This document shows, in pieces, positions 27,592 through 34,752 of a DNA stretch of 34,752 bases. A model generated the notes under the pieces. That model saw only the letters and a program-made list of their open reading frames with translations, was not told the DNA's origin and ran no database searches. Origin of the DNA: Candidatus Methylomirabilota bacterium (lineage in GTDB: Bacteria; Methylomirabilota; Methylomirabilia; Rokubacteriales; CSP1-6); contig JBKPAK010000215.1 in NCBI GenBank assembly GCA_046726415.1, positions 1 through 34,752 of the forward strand. Reading direction: 5' to 3'. Position numbers and translations under genes: made by a program. Within the stretch, counting starts at the first letter, position 1; every line of letters begins with the position of its first letter.

Positions 27592-27721
27592 AGGGTGCAA
27601 TGCGACGCCCAGCACGAACTCGCACTTGGAAGGAGGGGGCCTCCACCGGCAAGCCGACGGGGCGTCAGGACATCGCGCCGGCGTGGCCTCCGCAGGTCGC
27701 GCGAGGCGCCGCGCGCGACGC

Positions 27722-28480
27722 TCAGTGCCGGGCCGTCACTGGCTCGTGCGACCGCAGGAAGTCGCGCACCTGGTCGATCGTCTTCTCGAGCAAGTCCTTC
27801 GGCTCTCTCCAGGGGAACACCGTCGACTGGGCCCTCGGCGCGAGCGCGGCAATGTCCACGGACGTCTGATACGGGTGCGCCGGCGTGTCGTCCGGCATCA
27901 CGAGGAGCGGCGTCTGGCAGGAGCGGACGAACTCGCGCGACACGCTGTACACGAAGTCCGGGCGCACGCGATAGAGGTTGTGGAGATAGGCCTCGATGCT
28001 CTCCATGGTGATCTCGGGCCGCCCGGCCCGCAGCTCGGGAGCCCAGACGTCGCGCCCGGAGTTGTACATGACGTCGGGGTTCTCCGGCCGATGCCCGACC
28101 GGCTGGCACAGCACGGCGGCCACGACGCGGTCGGGAGCCCGCTCGATGAGCTTGAGCCCGAACGGTCCGCCGATGCAGTAGCCCATGTAAAAGAACTTCT
28201 GGATGCCGAGGTGGTCCATCAGTCCCAGCTGGTCGTCCGCGAACGCGCCCCACGGGTCGTTGACGGGAATCGGCCCCCTGGACTCGCCGCCGTTCGCATT
28301 GCGCTGATCCATCGTGATGCAGTGGAAGTCGTCCTCGAACGCCTCCATCGCGTTGAATACCGCGGTCGGCCAGTTGCTCACGCGAGAGTTCAGGCCGCCG
28401 CCGGGAGTGACGAGCAGCGGGAAGCCCGAGCCGACCATCTCGTAGCGTATGCGGACGTCGCCTTTTGCATAGAACGGCAC
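27722..28480 (-). CDS. Alpha/beta hydrolase with Cys at the nucleophile elbow
   Basis: GSGFPLL..PGGG, MDQRNA, LMDHLGI..F..MGYCIGG. GTG 28480 after AAGGAGG. Confidence 0.88.
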   Translation of the reverse strand: MPFYAKGDVRIRYEMVGSGFPLLVTPGGGLNSRVSNWPTAVFNAMEAFEDDFHCITMDQRNANGGESRGPIPVNDPWGAFADDQLGLMDHLGIQKFFYMGYCIGGPFGLKLIERAPDRVVAAVLCQPVGHRPENPDVMYNSGRDVWAPELRAGRPEITMESIEAYLHNLYRVRPDFVYSVSREFVRSCQTPLLVMPDDTPAHPYQTSVDIAALAPRAQSTVFPWREPKDLLEKTIDQVRDFLRSHEPVTARH

Positions 28481-28800
28481 GGCAGCCTCCTTGAGCACCT
28501 CGCTCGGTGCCCGTCCTGTGGTTGAGCGAGTGCGCGCGGTGCCGGCGCCGCGCCCTCGCGCTCGTTTTACGACGGCCGGACCGGCCAGGTCAATCTGGGG
28601 ACGTGCCCGTGCCGATTGCTGGGTGGCTGGAATCGGGCGAGAGTAGGAACCACCCTGGAACTACCGCTGACGAACGGCACCATCAGGGGGGTCGTCGCGC
28701 CCGCAGGGTGATTGAGAGGTACGGCGGCCGGCGACGTCGCCGGCACCGCAATGACGATTCAGGTGAGGAGCCGCGGAGACCTCGGTGAAGTGGTCGAAGT

Positions 28801-29023
28801 CAACCCCGAGATGTTCACTGCGGTGACCGAGGTCATCGGTCAGCCCGAGCTGCAGAAGGACGAGCGCTTCGCCACCCCGCCGGCGCGGGCCCGGAACGCT
28901 CGGGCGCTGACCGAGATTCTCGAGAGCTGGGCGCGCTCGCGCAGCAAACACGAGGTGATGAAGGCGCTCGCCGGCTGCGGCGTGGTCTGCGGCGCCGTCC
29001 TCGACACCGCCGAGGTGCTGGCC
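28801..29023 (+). pseudogene. Internal fragment duplicating the CoA-transferase gene (copy of about 17935-18157)
   Basis: Near-identical DNA encoding NPEMFTAVTEVIGQPELQKDERF...AVLDTAEVLA, with scattered substitutions. Confidence 0.95.
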
Positions 29024-29057
29024 ATAATGAACCCGCTTGGCACGGAGGAACTTCCCG

Positions 29058-29794
29058 ATGGCGATCATCGATTCCCAGGTCCACTCTTATGAGGCGAACA
29101 CCTCGAAACTGCCCTGGCACAGTGTCCCGAATTGGCCCGATCACGTCACCGGTGACGAGATGGTGGCGGCCATGGACAGGGTCGGCGTCGACGGCGCGAT
29201 CTTCATCTCCGCCTTTTCCATGTACCGCTACGACGCGAGCTATGCTGTGGAAGTGCAACGAGCTCATCCCGGCCGGTTCGCTCTCGTGAAGCTGGTCGAT
29301 CCGGATGATCCGACGGTGGCCGATATCATCGCCGACTGGAAGAAGACGCCGGGCGCGGCGCTGATCGACCGCCACCCCGACACGCGATTCATCATCGACC
29401 ATCTGGGCATCGTGCAGCCCCGAACGCCGCCCGCCCCGCCGCAGCCCTGGGCCGATCTGCCCAAGGTGCTGGACCTCGCCCAGCGTCGGAACGCGGTGAT
29501 CAAGGTCAGCGGTGCCTGCACGCTGTCCCGGGAACCGTATCCCTTCCCCGACATCTGGGACCCCTCGCCCGCGTGTTCGACGCCTGGGGTTTCGAGCGCT
29601 GCTTGTGGGGGACCGACTGGACTCGCGCCTTCGCAGTCGTCAACTACGAACAGGCCGTCGAGCCCTTCCGCCAAACCGACCGCCTGAGCGGCAGTGAACG
29701 GGCGATGCTGATGGGCGGTGCCTGTGCCAAGGCGTATGGCTGGTCTCCGAGGAAGGGCCCAGTCGCGACCATTCTCGTGCGAGTTAGCGAAAGC
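29058..29794 (+). pseudogene. Decayed second copy of the amidohydrolase (copy of about 18393-19266)
   Basis: 46-codon in-frame deletion after KKTPG, a 1-nt frameshift near 29561, and loss of the original TAG. Confidence 0.95.
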
Positions 29795-29864
29795 GCTCGG
29801 CGTGACGATCCCGCCGTCGGTGCGACTTGGAGGACATTCCGGACCTGACTCGCGCCCGCTGAGG

Positions 29865-29897
29865 AAAAAATAGCGGGCGCTTCCGAAGAAGCGCCCG
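29865..29897 (-). terminator. Intrinsic terminator, minus orientation
   Basis: Perfect 10-bp stem CGGGCGCTTC/GAAGCGCCCG with a 4-nt loop, followed on the minus strand by CTATTTTTT. Confidence 0.75.
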
Positions 29898-30007
29898 TCA
29901 TCGTTGATGCGCGGTACGGCTGCCACGCTCATCGGCAGCTCAATCAAACGCCCGCGTCAACGCATGACGCGGCGCCGTCCCCGGCTGGACGAGCCATTCC
30001 TTCTCCC

Positions 30008-30036
30008 TTGACTGCTCTCTCCGGACGCACTAGCGT
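30008..30036 (+). promoter_or_regulatory. Candidate sigma70 promoter of the molybdoenzyme operon
   Basis: TTGACT-N17-TAGCGT, 50 nt upstream of the start. Confidence 0.55.
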
Positions 30037-30086
30037 TCAGACGCGACGACCGCCCGGCTCTGGCTCCCCTGGGACAAGGAGGGATC

Positions 30087-30554
30087 ATGGCCAACGTCAC
30101 CCTGCGTGTGAACGGCGAGGTCAAGCGCGTCTCGGTCGAACCGGACACCCCGCTGCTGTACGTCCTGCGCAACGACCTCGAGCTGAACGGCGCCAAGTTC
30201 GGCTGTGGCCTGGCGCAGTGTGGCGCGTGCACCGTGCTGGTGGACGGCAAGCCGCAGCGCGCCTGCGTGCTGCCGGTGTCCGCCGCGGCCAAGGGTCAGA
30301 TCACCACCATCGAAGGCCTGGGCTCGGCTGACAGCCTCCATCCGCTGCAGCGCGCCTTCATCGAGGAGCAGGCCTGTCAGTGTGGCTTCTGCGGCAGCGG
30401 CATGGTCCTCACAGCCAAGGCACTGCTCGATCGCACGCCGCGGCCCAGCGAGCGCGACATCAGGCAGGCGCTGAACGGGCACCTCTGCCGGTGTGCCTCC
30501 CACAACCGGATCGTCCGCGCTGTGCAGCGCGCGGCGAGGGAGATGCAGCCATGA
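30087..30554 (+). CDS. (2Fe-2S)-binding small subunit, IorA/NicA/CoxS family
   Basis: KFGCGLAQCGACTV, QCGFCGSG, HLCRCASH. Confidence 0.95.
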   Translation: MANVTLRVNGEVKRVSVEPDTPLLYVLRNDLELNGAKFGCGLAQCGACTVLVDGKPQRACVLPVSAAAKGQITTIEGLGSADSLHPLQRAFIEEQACQCGFCGSGMVLTAKALLDRTPRPSERDIRQALNGHLCRCASHNRIVRAVQRAAREMQP

Positions 30555-32767
30555 ACGCGATCCTCTCGCGCCGCGACTTCACCCGGGCCGGCGGCGCCCT
30601 CATCATCGGGTTCGCCCTGGCTCCGGAACTCCTCCTGGCCCAGGACAAACCGGCGGCGCTGCCGGGCAGTCTCAATGCGAACCGCCGGCTAGACGCGTGG
30701 CTGCGGATCGACCCCAGCGGGACGGTGACGATCTTTACCGGCAAGATCGAGCTGGGGCAGGGGATCGGGACCGCCCTCGCGCAGATCGCGGCCGATGAGC
30801 TGGACGTGGACGTGAAGCGGATCGAGATCGTGGCCGGCGACACCGCCCGCACGCCGAACGAGGGGTTCACCGCCGGCAGCCTGTCGGTGGAGCACAGCGG
30901 GACGGCCGTGCGCTTCGCCTGCGCCGAGGCGCGCGGCATTCTCCTCGCGGGGGCGGCGGCCAAGCTCGGTGCCCCTGCGGCGGACCTGCGGGTCAGTGAC
31001 GGCACGGTGACGGGTCCCGGCGGGGCTTCGGTCTCCTACGGAGAACTGGCAGGCCTGGCCGATCTGGCGCGGGAGGCCACGGCCGCGGTGAAGCCCAAAC
31101 CCCCCTCCGAGCACCGATGGGTGGGCAAGAGTCTTGTCCGCCGCGACATTCCGGCGAAGTTTACGGGCCGGCCCGCCTACGTGCACGACCTGCGCCTGCC
31201 GGGGATGCTGTTCGGCCGCGTGGTCCGCCCGCCGTCACCGGGGGCGCGCCTGGTGTCGGTCGACGAGGCGCGCGTCCTCCGCATGCCGGGCGTGGTGGCC
31301 GTGGTCCGTGACGGCAACTTCCTGGCGGTCGCCGCGCTGCGCGAGGAGCAAGCCGTGCGGGCTCGCGACGCCCTGAGGCAAGGCGCGCGGTGGCAGGAGA
31401 CGGCGTCTCTGCCGCCGGCAGGCGACGCCCTCTACGAGCACATGAGGCGCGTCCCCTCGCGCGACGAGACCGTCATCGAGAAGAGTTCGCCCGCGGCGGC
31501 GCCCGCCCGCACACTCGAGGCGGTCTACACGCGCCCCTACCAGTGCCATGCCTCGCTGGGGCCGTCGTGCGCGATCGCCCAGTGGCAGACGGGCACGCTT
31601 ACCGTGTGGACCCACAGCCAGGGCGTGTTCCCGCTGCGCGCGGATCTGGCCCGGGTGTTCGGCGTCGACCCCACGACCATCCGCTGCATCCACGCCGAGG
31701 GCGCGGGGTGCTACGGCCACAACGGCGCCGACGATGTCGCCCTGGACGCGGCCCTCGTGGCTCGCGTCACCGGCGGCCGGCCCGTGAAGCTCCAGTGGAT
31801 GCGCGACGACGAGTTCGCCTGGGAGCCCTACGGGTCGGCGATGGTGATGCGCCTGGCCGGCGGCCTCGACGCGCAGGGCCAGATCGTCAACTGGGTCCAC
31901 GAGGTCTGGAGCTACCCGCACAGCACGCGGCCCGGACCCCGGGACGGGGTGAGCCTGCTGGCCAGCTGGGATCTCGACAAGCCGTTCCGGCCGCCGTTCC
32001 CGGCGGACGTCCCCCAGCCGACCGGCGGCGCCGCTCGCAACGCCGTACCCCTCTATGACCTTCCCAACGTGAAGGTCGTCAAGCACTACATCCCGGAGAT
32101 GCCGTTGCGCACCTCCGCCCTTCGCACCCTGGGCGGCTACGCCAACGTGTTCGCGCTGGAGTCGTTCCTCGATGAGCTGGCCGTCGCCGCCGGGGCCGAT
32201 CCCGTCCAGTTCCGCCTCAAGCACCTGAAGGATGCCCGCGCGCGGGCCGTCGTCGAGGCTGCCGCCCAGCGGGCGGGCTGGCAGCCGAAGGCGACGGGTG
32301 ACGGCGCCCGTGGTCGAGGTATTGGCTTTGCCCGGTACAAGAACCTGGGCTGCTACTGCGCGGTGGTGGCCGAAGTGACCGTTGATCGCAAGAGCGGTCA
32401 GGTGCTGGTGACGCGCGCCGTGTCGGCCGTCGATGCGGGCCAGATCGTCAACCCCGACGGCGTGGTCAACCAGATCGAGGGCGGCATGATCCAGTCCATC
32501 AGCTGGACGCTCAAGGAGTCCGTGCGCTTCGACCGTACCCGGGTCAACACCCGGTCGTGGGCCGACTATCCCATCCTGCGCTTCGAGGAGGTACCCCAGA
32601 TCGAGGTAGTCCTGCTCAACCAGCCGACCCAGAACTTTCTCGGCGTGGGGGAGGGCTCTCAGGGTCCGGCGGCGGCGGCGGTGGCCAACGCTGTGGCCCA
32701 TGCGACGGGCAAGCGACTGCGCGCCCTGCCGTACACGACCGAGCGCGTGAAGGGGGCCCTGGCATGA
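30551..32767 (+). CDS. Xanthine-dehydrogenase-family molybdopterin subunit (IorB/NicB-like) with a twin-arginine-like N-terminus
   Basis: ATG 30551, SRRDF, GKIELGQG, GCYGHNGADD, ALRTLG.YANVFALESFLDELA, NQIEGG, GVGE. Confidence 0.93.
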   Translation: MNAILSRRDFTRAGGALIIGFALAPELLLAQDKPAALPGSLNANRRLDAWLRIDPSGTVTIFTGKIELGQGIGTALAQIAADELDVDVKRIEIVAGDTARTPNEGFTAGSLSVEHSGTAVRFACAEARGILLAGAAAKLGAPAADLRVSDGTVTGPGGASVSYGELAGLADLAREATAAVKPKPPSEHRWVGKSLVRRDIPAKFTGRPAYVHDLRLPGMLFGRVVRPPSPGARLVSVDEARVLRMPGVVAVVRDGNFLAVAALREEQAVRARDALRQGARWQETASLPPAGDALYEHMRRVPSRDETVIEKSSPAAAPARTLEAVYTRPYQCHASLGPSCAIAQWQTGTLTVWTHSQGVFPLRADLARVFGVDPTTIRCIHAEGAGCYGHNGADDVALDAALVARVTGGRPVKLQWMRDDEFAWEPYGSAMVMRLAGGLDAQGQIVNWVHEVWSYPHSTRPGPRDGVSLLASWDLDKPFRPPFPADVPQPTGGAARNAVPLYDLPNVKVVKHYIPEMPLRTSALRTLGGYANVFALESFLDELAVAAGADPVQFRLKHLKDARARAVVEAAAQRAGWQPKATGDGARGRGIGFARYKNLGCYCAVVAEVTVDRKSGQVLVTRAVSAVDAGQIVNPDGVVNQIEGGMIQSISWTLKESVRFDRTRVNTRSWADYPILRFEEVPQIEVVLLNQPTQNFLGVGEGSQGPAAAAVANAVAHATGKRLRALPYTTERVKGALA

Positions 32768-33013
32768 CGGGATGAGAGCCTCCCGCAGCGTAAGCGACAA
32801 AGGCCAGGTTGACGGAACGTCCGCTCTCGGCCGGCCCGCCTCTCCCGGCCGGTTCTCGCGTTCCGCCCCCCACGTACAGAATTCTTCGCGTAGAACGTCC
32901 GGCGGGAATTCGCCTCGGCCAACTTCGAGGACCTGGTGAACGTGACTCTCAGGAATGCTGACGGGATCGGGCGCCGGCGACGGCGCGCTACCGGAATAAG
33001 TTTCCAGACGGCC

Positions 33014-33951
33014 TGTCCGTCGGCAAAACCCCGTCCGGCGGCAAGTGGTTGATCTGTCGGTCCGGATCCGGCCACTATCTCAGCTCGATGATCACTCTCC
33101 TGCTCCGGCTCCTCCTCTTCCTACTCGGCGGCCACCGCCAGCTCGCCCTCGAGAACCTGGCTTTGCGCCAACAGCTCTCCGTCTACACGCGAACGACGAC
33201 TCGGCCCAAGCTTCGTCCGACGGACCGGCTTTTCTGGGTCGTGCTGACCAAGGTCTGGGCCGGGTGGAGGCAGTCCCTCGTGATCGTGACCCCGGACACC
33301 GTCCTGCGATGGCAGCGGCGCCGGTTCCGCGAACATTGGACCCAGCTCTCTGGCGGCTCAACCGGTGGTCGCCCGCCCGTCAACGCCGAGATCCGGGCTC
33401 TCGTTACCCGCATGGCCTCCGCGAACCCCCTTTTGGGTGCCCCGCGCATCCATGGCGAGATTCTGAAGCTTGGTATCGACGTGGCTGAGCGCACCGTCTC
33501 CCGGCTGATGCCGAAGCGACGCCCGAGTCCTCTCAGACCTGGCGGACGTTCCTCGCCAACCATGTCCGGGACCTGGTCTCGATCTATTTCTTCACCGTGC
33601 CCACCGCGCGCTTGCGCGTCCTCTTCGTCCTGATCGTGCTTGCCCCACCCTCGCCGGCGGGTCGTCCACTTCAACGTCACCGAGCATCCCACCGCCGTCT
33701 GGACCGCCCAGCAGCTCGTCGCCGCGTTCCCGGACGACTCCGCGCCCTCCTATCTCCTGCGCGACCGTGAGGTGTATGGCGAGCAGTTTCGCCACCGCGT
33801 GAAGGGCATGCGGATCGAGGAAGTTCTCACGGCGCCGCACCGCCCCTGGCAGAATCCTTTCGCGGAGCGTTTGATCGTTCGATCCGGCGCGAGTGTCTCG
33901 ACCACGTTCTCGTCCTTGGCGAACGACACCTGCGCCGAATCTTGACTCGCT
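33014..33951 (+). mobile_element. Degenerate IS with an rve-domain DDE transposase (IS481/IS3-related), interrupted at 33951
   Basis: ORF from ATG 33088: LALENLALRQQL, PDTVLRWQRR, GAPRIHGE..KLG, QTWRTFLANH, LLRDR, PWQNPFAER, RECLDH. Frameshifts near 33528, 33643 and 33878, and the first catalytic Asp reads Tyr (SIYFF). Possible left end TGT at 33014. Confidence 0.88.
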
Positions 33952-34615
33952 GTAGGGTCGAGGGCTAGCGCGGTACGCCATGCGCCCGTCTCCAGCCCCC
34001 GCCCGATCGAACGGCGCGGACGGTTTTCCCGTGCGCCGCTCTCCTGCCGGCTTCGCGTCAAGGGTTATGAGACCTATCGCCGGGCGCGCTTTCAGGCGCG
34101 ACTCCAGTACCGTATCCGGTAGTCCGCAAACAATCCGAGCGTCGTATGGAGCCACACCCTACTCCACCGCTTCCAGCCGAAGCCCTGGCGGCCCCTCGCC
34201 CGCGTCAAATGACGCCGCACCTTCCTCTCGACCCAGCTCCTCACGATGCTGAAGCACCGCGCCGCGTTGCCGACCCGGAAATAGTTCACCCAGCCCCGCA
34301 AGATCGGGTTAATCTCCGCGATCACCCGCTCACAGGCTGAGCGCGCCAGCGCCGGAACACCTCCTGGAGCTTCCGCGGCAACGCCCTCCGCTTCTTCAGG
34401 GCCGGCGCCACCAGCACCCACCACCGTCCCCGCCTCGAGCGGAGCCGTCAAGGTGAAGCCCAAGAATCCGAACGCCTCTCCCTGGGTCAGGTCCACCACT
34501 CGGCTCTTCGCCTCGTTCAGACGCAGATCGAGTTTCGCGAACTCCTCCCGCAGCCGCCGGTCCACCGCCCTCAGCAGCCAGCCCTCCCGCCACTGACCAT
34601 TCACGAGAATCACCA
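33952..34615 (-). mobile_element. Group II intron (class C-like), 3' part with DV/DVI
   Basis: DV GAGCGGCGCACGGGAAAACCGTCCGCGCCGTTCG (34041-34008). DVI GGGCGGGGGCTGG...CTAGCCCTCGACCCTAC with a bulged A, ending at 33952. Confidence 0.9.
34092..34615 (-). pseudogene. Group II intron RT/maturase, portion downstream of YADD, no endonuclease domain
   Basis: LVILV..., LNEAKSRVVD, FGFLGF, INPILRGWVNYF, GFGWKRWS. Two compensating frameshifts near 34450 and 34340. Confidence 0.9.
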
Positions 34616-34752
34616 GCAGAGTAGGGCGCAGGCGCGGTGGCGTGCAGGGCGTGCGAGGCCCGGCCGTTTCTCCCCGTTTCGGGCGAGTGTCCCCCTCGAG
34701 CGGCCCATCGCTCCGTCTCCAACGCCCCCTCATCAAACCGGACGTGACCATT
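34616..34752 (-). mobile_element. 3' end (partial DV plus DVI) of a second group II intron
   Basis: Minus strand ...AATGGTCACGTCCGGTTTG-ATGAGGGGGCGTTGGAGACGG...CCGCGCCTGCGCCCTACTCTGC. DVI pairs with a bulged A, and the terminus reads TGC rather than TAC. Confidence 0.8.

Noticed and set aside
27360-27720. Possible tRNA or att site near the integrase remnant
   Set aside because: No cloverleaf, T-loop motif or matching direct repeat was found by eye.
28727-28744. Perfect 18-bp palindrome GCCGGCGACGTCGCCGGC
   Set aside because: Almost all GC, single copy, and no associated feature.
1-34752. Many long Arg/Pro/Ala-rich antisense ORFs; CRISPR or tandem repeat arrays
   Set aside because: Antisense ORFs are expected at high GC, and no regularly spaced repeats were seen.

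Overview
A GC-rich (about 70% by eye) bacterial window with no rRNA, tRNA or CRISPR array that I can support. Gene content would fit a soil or sediment lineage such as Ca. Rokubacteria, but that is inference only. (1) 1-2250 is a decayed stress block: intact hsp20, a groEL 5' stub joined by deletion to an archaeal-type SAM synthetase 3' stub, and a formate/nitrite channel pseudogene. (2) 2250-13950 is a nitric-oxide island. It starts with a Crp/Fnr regulator and a single-unit heme-copper-oxidase-like membrane protein. A minus-strand operon follows: small ORF, frameshifted LigB-type dioxygenase, two small membrane ORFs, diheme norC, norB, norQ, norD. A divergent operon encodes DUF542, DUF2249x2, a three-repeat membrane protein, DUF59/SufT and a truncated CBS protein. 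Candidate ATGAC-N4-RTCAT boxes and sigma54 promoters are visible. (3) 14090-32770 holds catabolic genes: ABM protein, alpha/beta hydrolases, an LLM oxidoreductase, a family III CoA-transferase plus amidohydrolase (with a decayed second copy about 10.8 kb downstream), an M28 peptidase/racemase/Opp-type ABC operon, and an IorAB/NicAB-like molybdoenzyme. (4) 33010-34752 is nested mobile DNA: an rve-type IS broken by a group IIC-like intron whose RT is itself interrupted by the 3' end of a second group II intron. The best candidate for an undescribed system is the atypical cNOR module with its co-regulated accessory genes. Family calls come from motif recognition without database searches, and single-base frameshifts could be assembly errors.
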